From Mobula hypostoma (taxonomy: Eukaryota), in NCBI RefSeq assembly GCF_963921235.1, contig NC_086097.1:104472001-104536000 (forward strand): a stretch of DNA of 64,000 bases. Reading direction: 5' to 3'. Within the stretch, counting starts at the first letter, position 1. Each line of letters opens with the position of its first letter. The notes beneath the pieces are model-generated. The model searched no databases. It saw nothing but the letters and a program-made list of their open reading frames with translations, and was not told the origin of the DNA. Positions 39,101-54,100 of this stretch are shown piece by piece. The translations under genes and the position numbers were made by a program.

Positions 39101-42100
39101 GTGACGAGTGTTGTGAACAGGGTATGACCTGTACGGTAATTGCAGGGCAGTGAGGAGTGTTTTGAACAGGGTATGACCTGTACGGCAAATGCAGGGCAGT
39201 GACGAGTGTTGTGAACAGGGTATGACCTTTATGGTAAACGCAGGGCAGTGACGAGTGTTCAGGGCAGTGACGAGTGTTGTGAACAGGGTAAGACCTCTAC
39301 AGTAAATGCAGGGCAGTGAGCAGTGTTTTGAACAGGGTATGACCTGTACAGTAAATGCAGGGCAGTGAGGAGTGTTGTGAACAGGGTATGACCTGTACAG
39401 TAAATGCAGGGCAGTGACGAGTGTTGTGAACAGGGTAAGACCTCTACAGTAAATGCAGGGCAGTGACGAGTGTTGTGAACAGGGTATGAGCTGTACAGTA
39501 ATTGCAGGGCAGTGACTAGTGTCGTGAACAGGGTATGACCTGTACAGTAAATGCAGGGCACTGACGAGTGTCGTGAACAGGGTATGACCTGTACAGTAAT
39601 TGCAGGGCAGTGACTAGTGTCGTGACGAGGGTATGACCTGTACGGTAAATGCAGGGCAGTGACGAGTGTCGTGAACAGGGTATGACCTGTACAGTAACTG
39701 CAGGGCAGTGACTAGTGTCGTAACGAGGGTATGACCTGTACAGTAAATGCAGGGCAGTGACGAGTGTTGTGAACAGGGTATAACCTGTACGGTAAATGCA
39801 GGGCAGTTACGAGTGTTGTGAACAGGGTATGACCTGTACGGTAAATGCAGGGCAGTGAGGAGTGTTGTGAACAGGGTATGACCTGTACGGTAAATGCAGG
39901 GCAGTGACGAGTGTTGTGAACAGGGTATGACCTGTACGGTAAATGCAGGGCAGTGACGAGTGTTGTGAACAGGGTATGACCTGTACGGTAAATGCAGGGC
40001 AGTGACGAGTGTTGTGAACAGGGTATGACCTGTACGGTAAATGCAGGGCAGTGAGGAGTGTTGTGAACAGGGTATGACCTGTACGGTAAATGCAGGGCAG
40101 TGACGAGTGTTGTGAACAGGGTAAGACCTCTACAGTAAATGCAGGGCAGTGACGAGTGTTGTGAACAGGGTATGAGCTGTACAGTAAATGCAGGGCAGTG
40201 ACGAGTGTTGTGAACAGGGTATGACCTGTACGGTAAATGCAGGGCAGTGACGAGTGTTGTGAACAGGGTATGACCTGTACGGTAAATGCAGGGCAGTGAC
40301 AAGTGTCGTGACGAGGGTATGACCTGTACGGTAAATGCAGGGCAGTGACGAGTGTTGTGAACAGGGTATGACCTGTACAGTAAATGCAGGGCAGTGACGA
40401 GTGTTGTGAACAGGGTATGACCTGTACGGTAAATGCAGGGCAGTGACGAGTGTTGTGAACAGGGTATGACCTGTACGGTAAATGCAGGGCAGTGACGAGT
40501 GTTGTGAACAGGGTATGACCTGTACGGTAAATGCAGGGCAGTGACGAGTGTTGTGAACAGGGTATGACCTGTACAGTAAATGCAGGGCAGTGAGGAGTGT
40601 TGTGAACAGGGTATGACCTCTACAGTAATTGCAGGGCAGTGACGAGTGTTGTGAACAGGGTATGACCTGTACGGTAAATGCAGGGCAGTGAGGAGTGTTG
40701 TGAACAGGGTATGACCTGTACAGTAAATGCAGGGCAGTGACGAGTGTTGTGAACAGGGTATGACCTGTACGGTAAATGCAGGGCAGTGACGAGTGTTGTG
40801 AACAGGGTATGACCTGTACGGTAAATGCAGGGCAGTGACGAGTGTTGTGAACAGGGTATGACCTTTATGGTAAACGCAGGGCAGTGACGAGTGTTATGAA
40901 CAGGGTATGGCCTGTACGGTAAATGCAGGGCAGTGACGAGTGTTGTGAACAGGGTATGACCTGTACAGTAATTACAGGGCAGTGAGGAGTTTTGTGAACA
41001 GGGTATGACCTGTACAGTAATTACAGGGCAGTGAGGAGTGTTTTGAACAGGGTATGACCTGTACAGTAAATGCAGGGCAGTGAGGAGTGTTGTGAACAGG
41101 GTATGCCCTGTACAGTAAATGCAGGGCAGTTACGAGTGTTGTGAACAGGGTAAGACCTCTACAGTAAATGCAGGGCAGTGACGAGTGTTGTGAACAGGGT
41201 ATCAGCTGTACAGTAATTGCAGGGCAGTGACGAGTGTCGTGAACAGGGTATGACCTGTACAGTAAATGCAGGGCACTGACGAGTGTCGTGAACAGGGTAT
41301 GACCTGTACAGTAATTGCAGGGCAGTGACTAGTGTCGTAACGAGGGTATGACCTGTACGGTAAATGCAGGGCAGTGACGAGTGTTGTGAACAGGGTATGA
41401 CCTGTACAGTAACTGCAGGGCAGTGACTAGTGTCGTAACGAGGGTATGACCTGTACAGTAAATGCAGGGCAGTGACGAGTGTTGTGAACAGGGTATAACC
41501 TGTACGGTAAATGCAGGGCAGTGACGAGTGTTGTGAACAGGGTATGACCTGTACGGTAAATGCAGGGCAGTGAGGAGTGTTGTGAACAGGGTATGACCTG
41601 TACGGTAAATGCAGGGCAGTGACGAATGTTGTGAACAGGGTGAGACCTGTACGGTAAATGCAGGGCAGTGAGGAATGTTGTGAACAGGGTGAGACCTCTA
41701 CAGTAAATGCAGGGCAGTGACGAGTGTTGTGAACAGATTATGAGCTGTACAGTAATTGCAGGGCAGTGACTAGTGTCGTGAACAGGGTATGACCTGTACG
41801 GTAAATGCAGGGCAGTGACGAGTGTTGTGATCAGGGTATGACCGGTACAGTAATTGCAGGGCAGTGACTAGTGTCGTGACGAGGGTATGACCTGTACGGT
41901 AAATGCAGGGCAGTGACGAGTGTTGTGAACAGGGTATGACCTGTACAGTAAATGCAGGGCAGTGAGGAGTGTTGTTAACAGGGTATGACCTGTACAGTAA
42001 ATGCAGGGCAGTGACGAGTGTTGTGAACAGGGTAAGACCTCTACAGTAAATGCAGGGCAGTGACGAGTGTTGTGAACAGGGTATGACCTGTACGGTAAAT

Positions 42101-45100
42101 GCAGGGCAGTGAGGAGTGTTGTGAACAGGGTATGACCTGTACCGTAAATACAGGGCAGTGACGAGTGTTGTGAACAGGGTATGACCTGTACCGTAAATAC
42201 AGGGCAGTGACGAGTGTTGTGAACAGGGTAAGACCTGTACGGTAAATGCAGGGCAGTGACGAGTGTTGTGAACAGGGTATGACCTGTACCCTAAATGCAG
42301 GGCAGTGACGAGTGTTGTGAACAGGATATGATCTGTACAGTAAATGCAGGGCAGTGAGGAGTGTTGTGAACAGGGTATGAGCTCTACAGTAATTGCAGGG
42401 CAGTGACGAGTGTTGTGAACAGGGTATGACCTGTACGGTAAATGCAGGGCAGTGAGGAGTGTTGTGAACAGGGTATGACCTGTACAGTAAATGCAGGGCA
42501 GTGACGAGTGTTGTGAACAGGGTATGACATGTACGGTAAATGCAGGGCAGTGACGAGTGTTGTGAACAGGGTATGACCTGTACGGTAAATGCAGGGCAGT
42601 GAGGAGTGTTGTGAACAGGGTATGACCTGTACAGTAAATGCAGGGCAGTGACGAGTGTTGTGAACAGGGTATGTCCTGTACGGTAAATGCAGGGCAGTGA
42701 GGAGTGTTGTGAACAGGGTAAGACCTGTACGGTAAATGCAGGGCAGTGACGAGTGTTGTGAACCGGGTATGACCTGTACAGTAAATGCAGGGCGGTGACG
42801 AGTGTTGTGAACAGGGTATGACCTGTACAGTAATTGCAGGACGGTGACGAGTGTTGTGAACAGGGTATGACCTGTACAGTAAATGCAGGGCGGTGACGAG
42901 TGTTGTGAACAGGGTATGACCTGTACAGTAATTGCAGGGCGGTGACGAGTGTTGTGAACAGGGTATGACCTGTACGGTAAATGCAGGGCAGTGAGGAGTG
43001 TTGTGAACAGGGTATGACCTGTACGGTAAATGCAGGGCAGTGACGAGTGTCGTGAACAGGGTATGACCTGTACAGTAAATGCAGGGCAGTGACGAGTGTT
43101 GTGAACAGGGTATGACCTGTACAGTAAATGCAGGGCGGTGACGAGTGTTGTGAACCGAGTATGACCTGTACGGTAAATGCAGGGCAGTGACGAGTGTTGT
43201 GAACCGAGTATGACCTGTACGGTAAATGCAGAGCAGTGAGGAGTGTTGTGAACAGAGTATGACCTGTACGGTAAATGCAGGGCGGTGACGAGCGTTGTGA
43301 ACAGGGTATGACCTGTACGGTAAATGCAGGGCAGTGACGCGTGTTGTGAACAGGGTAAGACCTGTACGGTAAATGCAGGGCAGTGACGAGTGTTGTGAAC
43401 AGGGTATTACCTGTACGGTAAATGCAGGGCAGTGACGAATGTCGTGAACAGGGTATGACCTGTACGGTAAATGCAGGGCAGAGAGGAGTGTTGTGAACAG
43501 GGTATGACCTCTACAGTAATTGCAGGGCAGTGACGAGTGTTGTGAACAGGGTATGACCTGTACGGTAAATGCAGGGCAGTGAGGAGTGTTGTGAACAGGG
43601 TATGACCTGTACAGTAAATGCAGGGCAGTGACGAGTGTTGTGAACAGGGTATGACCTGTACGGTAAATGCAGGGCAGTGAGGAGTGTTGTGAACAGGGTA
43701 TGACCTGTACAGTAAATGCAGGGCTGTGACGAGTGTTGTGAACAGGGTATGACCTGTACAGTAAATGCAGGGCAGTGAGGAGTGTTGTGAACAGGGTATG
43801 ACCTGTACGGTAAATGCAGGGCAGTGACGAGTGTTGTGAACAGGGTATGACCTGTACGGTAAATGCACGGCAGTGAGGAGTGTTGTGAACAGGGTATGAC
43901 CAGTACAGTAAATGCAGGGCAGTGACGAGTGTCGTGAACAGGGTATGACCTGTACAGTAAATGCAGGGCAGTGACGAGTGTCGTGAACAGGGTATGACCT
44001 GTACAGTAAATGCAGGGCAGTGACGAGTGTTGTGAACAGGGTATGACCTGTACGGTAAATGCAGGGCAGTGACGAGTGTTGTGAACCGAGTATGACCTGT
44101 ACAGTCAATGCAGAGCAGTGACGAGTGTTGTGAACAGGGTATGACCTGTACGGTAAATGCAGGGCAGTGACGAGTGTTGTGAACAGGGTATGACCTGTAC
44201 AGTAAATGCAGGGCAGTGACGAGTGTTGTGAACAGGGTATGACCTGTACGGTAAATGCAGGGCAGTGACGAGTGTTGTGAACAGGGTATGACCTGTACGG
44301 TAAATGCAGGGCAGTGAGGAGTGTTGTGAACAGGGTATGACCTGTACAGTAAATGCAGGGCAGTGACGAGTGTCGTGAACAGGGTATGACCTGTACGGTA
44401 AATGCAGGGCAGTGACGAGTGTTGTGAACAGGGTATGACCTGTACGGTAAATGCAGGGTGGTGAGGAGTGTTGTGAACAGGGTATGACCTGTACAGTAAA
44501 TGCAGGGCAGTGACGAGTGTTGTGAACAGGGTGTGACCTGTACAGTAAATGCAGGGCAGTGACGAGTGTCGTGAACAGGGTATGACCTGTACAGTAAATG
44601 CAGGGCAGTGACGAGTGTTGTGAACAGGGTATGACCTGTACGGTAAATGCAGGGCAGTGACGAGTGTTGTGAACAGGGTATGACCTGTACAGTAAATGCA
44701 GGGCAGTGAGGAGTGTTGTGAACAGGGTATGACCTGTACAGTAAATGCAGGGCAGTGACGAGTGTTGTGAACAGGGTATGACCTGTACGGTAAATGCAGG
44801 GCAGTGAGGAGTGTTGTGAACAGGGTATGACCTGTACAGTAAATGCAGGGCAGTGACGAGTGTTGTGAACAGGGTATGACCTGTACGGTAAATGCAGGGC
44901 AGTGACGAGTGTTGTGAACAGGGTATGACCTGTACGGTAAATGCAGGGCAGTGACGAGTGTTGTGAACAGGGTATGACCTGTACGGTAAATGCAGGGCAG
45001 TGACGAGTGTTGTGAACAGGGTATGACCTGTACGGTAAATGCAGGGCAGTGACGAGTGTTGTGAACAGGGTATGACCTGTACAGTAAATGCAGGGCAGTG

Positions 45101-48100
45101 AGGAGTGTTGTGAACAGGGTATGACCTGTACAGTAAATGCAGGGCAGTGAGGAGTGTTGTGAACAGGGTATGACCTGTACAGTAAATGCAGGGCAGTGAG
45201 GAGTGTTGTGAACAGGGTATGACCTGTACAGTAAATGCAGGGCAGTGACGAGTGTTGTGAACAGGGTAAGACCTCTACAGTAAATGCAGGGCAGTGACGA
45301 GTGTTGTGAACAGGGTATGAGCTGTACAGTAATTGCAGGGCAGTGAGGTAAATGCAGGGCAGTGACGAGTGTTGTGAACAGGGTATGACCTGTACGGTAA
45401 ATGCAGGGCAGTGACGAGTGTTGTGAACAGGGTATGACCTGTACGGTAAATGCAGGGCAGTGAGGAGTGTTGTGAACAGGGTATGACCTGTACGGTAAAT
45501 GCAGGGCAGTGACGAGTGTTGTGAACAGGGTATGACCTGTACGGTAAATGCAGGGCAGTGAGGAGTGTTGTGAACAGGGTGAGACCTCTACAGTAAATGC
45601 AGGGCAGTGACGAGTGTTGTGAACAGGGTATGACCTGTACGTAATGCAGGGCAGTGACAGTGTGTGACAGGTATGACCTGTACGGTAAATGCAGGGCAGT
45701 GACGAGTGTTGTGAACAGGGTATGACCTGTACAGTAAATGCAGGGCAGTGAGGAGTGTTGTTAACAGGGTATGACCTGTACAGTAAATGCAGGGCAGTGA
45801 CGAGTGTTGTGAACAGGGTAAGACCTCTACAGTAATTGCAGGGCAGTGACGAGTGTTGTGAACAGGGTATGACCTGTACGGTAAATGCAGGGCAGTGAGG
45901 AGTGTTGTGAACAGGGTATGACCTGTACGGTAAATGCAGGGCAGTGACGAGTGTTGTGAACAGGGTATGACCTGTACCGTAAATGCAGGGCAGTGACGAG
46001 TGTTGTGAACAGGGTAAGACCTGTACGGTAAATGCAGGGCAGTGACGAGTGTTGTGAACAGGGTATGACCTGTACCCTAAATGCAGGCCAGTGACGAGTG
46101 TTGTGAACAGGATATGATCTGTACAGTAAATGCAGGGCAGTGAGGAGTGTTGTGAACAGGGTATGACCTCTACAGTAATTGCAGGGCAGTGACGAGTGTT
46201 GTGAACAGGGTATGACCTGTACGGTAAATGCAGGGCAGTGACGAGTGTTGTGAACAGGGTATGACCTGTACAGTAAATGCAGGGCAGTGACGAGTGTTGT
46301 GACGAGGGTATTACCTGTACGGTAAATGCAGGGCAGTTACGAGTGTTGTGAACAGGGTATGACCTGTACGGTAAATGCAGGGCAGTGACGAGTGTTGTGA
46401 ACAGGGTATGACCTGTACGGTAAATGCAGGGCAGTGACGAGTGTTGTGAACAGGGTATGACCTGTACGGTAAATGCAGGGCAGTGAGGAGTGTTGTGAAC
46501 AGGGTATGACCTGTACGGTAAATGCAGGGCAGTGACGAGTGTTGTGAACAGGGTATGACCTGTACAGTAAATGCAGGGCAGTGACGAGTGTTGTGAACAG
46601 GGTATGACCTGTACAGTAATTGCAGGGCAGTGACGAGTGTTGTGAACAGGGTATGACCTGTACAGTAAATGCAGGGCAGTGACGAGTGTTGTGAACAGGG
46701 TATGACCTGTACAGTAAATGCAGGGCAGTGACGAGTGTTGTGAACAGGGTATGACCTGTACGGTAAATGCAGGGCAGTGAGGAGTGTTGTGAACAGGGTA
46801 TGACCTGTACGGTAAATGCAGGGCAGTGACGAGTGTTGTGAACAGGGTATGACCTGTACAGTAAATGCAGGGCAGTGACGAGTGTTGTGAACAGGGTATG
46901 ACCTGTACAGTAAATGCAGGGCAGTGACGAGTGTTGTGAACAGGGTATGACCTGTACGGTAAATGCAGGGCAGTGACGAGTGTTGTGAACAGGGTATGAC
47001 CTGTACGGTAAATGCAGGGCAGTGACGAGTGTTGTGAACAGGGTATGACCTGTACGGTAAATGCAGGGCAGTGACGAGTGTTGTGAACAGGGTATGACCT
47101 GTACAGTAAATGCAGGGCAGTGACGAGTGTTGTGAACAGGGTATGACCTGTACGGTAAATGCAGGGCAGTGACGAGTGTTGTGAACAGGGTATGACCTGT
47201 ACGTAAATGCAGGGCAGTGACGAGTGTTGTGAACAGGGTATGACCTGTACGTAAATGCAGGGCAGTGACGAGTGTTGTGAACAGGGTATGACCTGTACGG
47301 TAAATGCAGGGCAGTGAGGAGTGTTGTGAACAGGGTATGACCTGTACAGTAAATGCAGGGCAGTGACGAGTGTACGTAATGTGAACAGGGTATGACCTGT
47401 ACAGTAAATGCAGGGCAGTGACGAGTGTGTGAACAGGGTATGACCGTTACAGTAAATGCAGGGCAGTGACGAGTGTCGTGAACAGGGTATGACCTGTACA
47501 GTAAATGCAGGGCAGTGACGAGTGTCGTGAACAGGGTATGACCTGTACAGTAAATGCAGGGCAGTGACGAGTGTTGTGAACAGGGTATGACCTGTACGGT
47601 AAATGCAGGGCAGTGACGAGTGTTGTGAACAGAGTATGACCTGTACAGTCAATGCAGAGCAGTGACGAGTGTTGTGAACAGGGTATGACCTGTACGGTAA
47701 ATGCAGGGCAGTGACGAGTGTTGTGAACAGGGTATGACCTGTACGGTAAATGCAGGGCAGTGACGAGTGTTGTGAACAGGGTATGACCTGTACGGTAAAT
47801 GCAGGGCAGTGAGGAGTGTTGTGAACAGGGTATGACCTGTACGGTAAATGCAGGGCAGTGACGAGTGTTGTGAACAGGGTATGACCTGTACGGTAAATGC
47901 AGGGCAGTGACGAGTGTTGTGAACAGGGTATGACCTGTACGGTAAATGCAGGGCAGTGAGGAGTGTTGTGAACAGGGTATGACCTGTACGGTAAATGCAG
48001 GGCAGTGACGAGTGTTGTGAACAGGGTATGACCTGTACGGTAAATGCAGGGCAGTGACGAGTGTTGTGAACAGGGTATGACCTGTACAGTAAATGCAGGG

Positions 48101-51100
48101 CAGTGAAGTGTTGTGAACAGGGTATGACCTGTACAGTAAATGCAGGGCAGTGACGAGTGTTGTGAACAGGGTATGACCTGTACAGTAAATGCAGGGCAGT
48201 GACGAGTGTTGTGAACAGGGTATGACCTGTACAGTAAATGCAGGGCAGTGACGAGTGTTGTGAACAGGGTATGACCTGTACAGTAAATGCAGGGCAGTGA
48301 CGAGTGTTGTGAACAGGGTATGACCTGTACAGTAAATGCAGGGCAGTGACGAGTGTTGTGAACAGGGTATGACCTGTACAGTAAATGCAGGGCAGTGACG
48401 AGTGTTGTGAACAGGGTATGACCTGTACGGTAAATGCAGGGCAGTGAGGAGTGTTGTGAACAGGGTATGACCTGTACAGTAAATGCAGGGCAGTGACGAG
48501 TGTTGTGAACAGGGTATGACCTGTACGGTAAATGCAGGGCAGTGACGAGTGTTGTGAACAGGGTAAGACCTGTACGGTAAATGCAGGGCAGTGACGAGTG
48601 TTGTGAACAGGGTATGACCTCTACAGTAATTGCAGGGCAGTGCCGAGTGTCGTGAACAGGGTATGACCTGTACGGTAAATGCAGGGCAGTGAGGAGTGTT
48701 GTGAACAGGGTATGACCTGTACAGTAAATGCAGGGCAGTGACGAGTGTTGTGAACAGGGTATGACCTGTACGGTAAATGCAGGGCAGTGACGAGTGTTGT
48801 GAACAGGGTATGACCTGTACGGTAAATGCAGGGCAGAGAGGAGTGTTGTGAACAGGGTATGACCTGTACAGTAAATGCAGGGCAGTGACGAGTGTTGTGA
48901 ACAGGGTATGACCTGTACGGTAAATGCAGGGCAGTGAGGAGTGTTGTGAACAGGGTATGACCTGTACAGTAAATGCAGGGCAGTGACGAGTGTTGTGAAC
49001 AGGGTATGACCTGTACGGTAAATGCAGGGCAGTGACGAGTGTTGTGAACAGGGTATGACCTGTACAGTAAATGCAGGGCAGTGACGAGTGTTGTGAACAG
49101 GGTATGACCTGTACGGTAAATGCAGGGCAGTGAGGAGTGTTGTGAACAGGGTATGACCTGTACGGTAAATGCAGGGCAGTGACGAGTGTTGTGAACAGGG
49201 TATGACCTGTACAGTAAATGCAGGGCAGTGACGAGTGTTGTGAACAGGGTATGACCTGTACAGTAAATGCAGGGCAGTGAGGAGTGTTGTGAACGCAGGG
49301 CAGTGACGAGTGTTGTGAACAGGGTAAGACCTGTACAGTAAATGCAGGGCAGTGAGGAGTGTTGTGAACAGGGTATGACCTGTACGGTAAATGCAGGGCA
49401 GTGACGAGTGTTGTGAACAGGGTATGACCTGTACGGTAAATGCAGGGCAGTGAGGAGTGTTGTGAACAGGGTATGACCTCTACAGTAATTGCAGGGCAGT
49501 GACGAGTGTTGTGAACAGGGTATGACCTGTACGGTAAATGCAGGGCAGTGAGGAGTGTTGTGAACAGGGTATGACCTGTACAGTAAATGCAGGGCAGTGA
49601 CGAGTGTTGTGAACAGGGTATGACATGTACGGTAAATGCAGGGAAGTGACGAGTGTTGTAAACAGGGTATGAACTGTACGGTAAATGCAGGGTAGTGAGG
49701 AGTGTTGTGAACAGGGTATGACCAGTACAGTAAATGCAGGGCAGTGACGAGTGTCGTGAACAGGGTATGACCTGTACGGTAAATGCAGGGCAGTGACGAG
49801 TGTTGTGAACAGGGTATGACCTGTACGGTAAATGCAGGGTGGTGAGGAGTGTTGTGAACAGGGTATGACCTGTACAGTAAATGCAGGGCAGTGACGAGTG
49901 TCGTGAACAGGGTATGACCTGTACAGTAAATGCAGGGCAGTGACGAGTGTCGTGAACAGGGTATGACCTGTACAGTAAATGCAGGGCAGTGACGAGTGTT
50001 GTGAACAGGGTATGACCTGTACGGTAAATGCAGGGCAGTGACGAGTGTTGTGAACCGAGTATGACCTGTACAGTCAATGCAGAGCAGTGACGAGTGTTGT
50101 GAACAGGTTATGACCTGTACGGTAAATGCAGAGCAGTGACGAGTGTTGTGAACAGGGTATGACCTGTACGGTAAATGCAGGGCAGTGAGGAGTGTTGTGA
50201 ACAGGGTATGACCTGTACGGTAAATGCAGGGTGGTGAGGAGTGTTGTGAACAGGGTATGACCTGTACTGTAAATGCAGGGCAGTGAGGAGTGTTGTGAAC
50301 AGGGTATGACCTGTACGGTAAATGCAGGGCAGTGACGAGTGTTGTGAACAGGGTATGACCTGTACGGTAAATGCAGGGCAGTGAGGAGTGTTGTGAACAG
50401 GGTATGACCTGTACAGTAATTGCAGGGCAGTGACGAGTGTTGTGAACAGGGTATGACCTGTACGGTAAATGCAGGGCAGTGAGGAGTGTTGTGAACAGGG
50501 TATGACCTGTACAGTAAATGCAGGGCAGTGACGAGTGTTGTGAACAGGGTATGACCTGTACAGTAAATGCAGGGCAGTGACGAGTGTTGTGAACAGGGTA
50601 TGATCTGTACGGTAAATGCAGGGCAGTGACGAGTGTTGTGAACAGGGTAAGACCTGTACGGTAAATGCAGGGCAGTGACGAGTGTTGTGAACAGGGTATG
50701 ACCTGTACGGTAAATGCAGGGCAGTGACGAGTGTTGTGAACAGGGTATGACCTGTACGGTAAATGCAGGGCAGTGAGGAGTGTTGTGAACAGGGTATGAC
50801 CTGTACAGTAAATGCAGGGCAGTGACGAGTGTTGTGAACAGGGTATGACCTGTACAGTAAATGCAGGGCAGTGACGAGTGTTGTGAACAGGGTATGACCT
50901 GTACGGTAAATGCAGGGCAGTGACGAGTGTTGTGAACAGGGTATGACCTGTACGGTAAATGCAGGGCAGTGACGAGTGTTGTGAACAGGGTATGACCTGT
51001 ACGGTAAATGCAGGGCAGTGAGGAGTGTTGTGAACAGGGTATGACCTGTACGGTAAATGCAGGGCAGTGAGGAGTGTTGTGAACAGGGTATGACCTGTAC

Positions 51101-54100
51101 GGTAAATGCAGGACAGTGAGGAGTGTTGTGAACAGGGTATGACCTGCACGGTAAATGCAGGGCAGTGACGAGTGTTGTGAACAGGGTATGACCTGTACGG
51201 TAAATGCAGGGCAGTGAGGAGTGTTGTGAACAGGGTAAGACCTCTACAGTAAATGCAGGGCAGTGACGAGTGTTGTGAACAGGGTATGACCTGTACGGTA
51301 AATGCAGGGCAGTGAGGAGTGTTGTGAACAGGGTATGACCTGTACAGTAAATGCAGGGCAGTGACGAGTGTTGTGAACAGGGTATGACCTGTACAGTAAA
51401 TGCAGGGCAGTGACGAGTGTTGTGAACAGGGTATGACCTGTACGGTAAATGCAGGGCAGTGACGAGTGTTGTGAACAGGGTATGACCTGTACGGTAAATG
51501 CAGGGCAGTGACGAGTGTTGTGAACAGGGTATGACCTGTACGGTAAATGCAGGGCAGTGACGAGTGTTGTGAACAGGGTATGACCTGTACGGTAAATGCA
51601 GGGCAGTGAGGAGTGTTGTGAACAGAGTATGACCTCTACAGTAATTGCAGGGCAGTGACGAGTGTCGTGAACAGGGTATGACCTGTACAGTAAATGCAGG
51701 GCAGTGACGAGTGTTGTGAACAGGGTATGACCTGTACGGTAAATGCAGGGCAGTGACGAGTGTTGTGAACCGAGTATGACCTGTACAGTCAATGCAGAGC
51801 AGTGACGAGTGTTGTGAACAGGGTATGACCTGTACGGTAAATGCAGAGCAGTGACGAGTGTTGTGAACAGGGTATGACCTGTACGGTAAATGCAGGGCAG
51901 TGAGGAGTGTTGTGAACAGGGTATGACCTGTACGGTAAATGCAGGGCAGTGAGGAGTGTTGTGAACAGGGTATGACCTGTACGGTAAATGCAGGGCAGTG
52001 ACGAGTGTTGTGAACAGGGTATGACCTGTACGGTAAATGCAGGGCAGTGACGAGTGTCGTGAACAGGGTATGACCTGTACGGTAAATGCAGGGCAGTGAC
52101 GAGTGTTGTGAACAGGGTATGACCTGTACGGTAAATGCAGGGCAGTGACGAGTGTTGTGAACAGGGTATGACCTGTACGGTAAATGCAGGGCAGTGAGGA
52201 GTGTTGTGAACAGGGTATGACCTGTACGGTAAATGCAGGGCAGTGACGAGTGTTGTGAACAGGGTATGACCTGTACCCTAAATGCAGGGCAGTGACGAGT
52301 GTTGTGAACAGGATATGATCTGTACAGTAAAAGCAGGGCAGTGAGGAGTGTTGTGAACAGGGTAAGACCTCTACAGTAAATGCAGGGCAGTGACGAGTGT
52401 TGTGAACAGGGTATGACCTGTACGGTAAATGCAGGGCAGTGACGAGTGTTGTGAACAGGGTAAGACCTGTACAGTAATTGCAGGGCAGTGAAGAGTGTTG
52501 TGAATAGGGCATGACCTGTACGGTAAATGCAGGGCAGTGACGAGTGTTGTGAACAGGGTATGACCTGTACGGTAAATGCAGGGCAGTGAGGAGTGTTGTG
52601 AACAGGGTATGACCTGTACAGTAAATGCAGGGCAGTGACGAGTGTTGTGAACAGGGTATGACCTGTACGGTAAATGCAGGGCAGTGAGGAGTGTTGTGAA
52701 CAGGGTATGACCTGTACAGTAAATGCAGGGCAGTGACGAGTGTTGTGAACAGGGTATGACCTGTACGGTAAATGCAGGGCAGTGACGAGTGTTGTGAACA
52801 GGGTATGACCTGTACGGTAAATGCAGGGCAGTGAGGAGTGTTGTGAACAGGGTATGACCTGTACAGTAATTGCAGGGCAGTGACGAGTGTCGTGAACAGG
52901 GTATGACCTGTACACTAAATGCAGGGCAGTGACGAGTGTCGTGAACAGGGTATGACCTGTACAGTAAATGCAGGGCAGTGACGAGTGTTGTGAACAGGGT
53001 ATGACCTGTACGGTAAATGCAGGGCAGTGACGAGTGTTGTGAACCGAGTATGACCTGTACAGTCAATGCAGAGCAGTGACGAGTGTTGTGAACAGGGTAT
53101 GACCTGTACGGTAAATGCAGAGCAGTGACGAGTGTTGTGAACAGGGTATGACCTGTACGGTAAATGCAGGGCAGAGAGGAGTGTTGTGAACAGGGTATGA
53201 CCTGTACGGTAAATGCAGGGCAGTGAGGAGTGTTGTGAACAGGGTATGACCTGTACGGTAAATGCAGGGCAGTGACGAGTGTTGTGAACAGGGTATGACC
53301 TGTACGGTAAATGCAGGGCAGTGACGAGTGTCGTGAACAGGGTATGACCTGTACGGTAAATGCAGGGCAGTGACGAGTGTTGTGAACAGGGTATGACCTG
53401 TACGGTAAATGCAGGGCAGTGACCAGTGTTGTGAACAGGGTATGACCAGTACGGTAAATGCAGGGCAGAGAGGAGTGTTGTGAACAGGGTAAGACCTGTA
53501 CAGTAAATGCAGGGCAGTGACGAGTGTTGTGAACAGGGTATGACCTGTACGGTAAATGCAGGGCAGTGACGCGTGTTGTGAACAGTGTAAGACCTGTACG
53601 GTAAATGCAGGGTGGTGAGGAGTGTTGTGAACAGGGTATGACCTGTACAGTAAATGCAGGGCAGTGACGAGTGTTGTGAACAGGGTAAGACCTCTACAGT
53701 AAATGCAGGGCAGTGACGAGTGTTGTGAACAGGGTATGACCTGTACAGTAAATGCAGGGCAGTGACGAGTGTTGTGAACAGTGTAAGACCTCTACAGTAA
53801 ATGCAGGGCAGTGACGAGTGTTGTGAACAGGGTATGACCTGTACGGTAAATGCAGGGCAGTGAGGAGTGTTGTGAACAGGGTATGACCTGTACCGTAAAT
53901 ACAGGGCAGTGACGAGTGTTGTGAACAGGGTATGACCTGTACCGTAAATACAGGGCAGTGACGAGTGTTGTGAACAGGGTAAGACCTGTACGGTAAATGC
54001 AGGGCAGTGACGAGTGTTGTGAACAGGGTATGACCTGTACCCTAAATGCAGGGCAGTGACGAGTGTTGTGAACAGGATATGATCTGTACAGTAAATGCAG

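Noticed and set aside
45630..47450. Clusters of small indels inside the satellite (near 45640-45670 and 47200-47450)
   Set aside because: They look like low-quality consensus or read errors; cannot be interpreted without the reads
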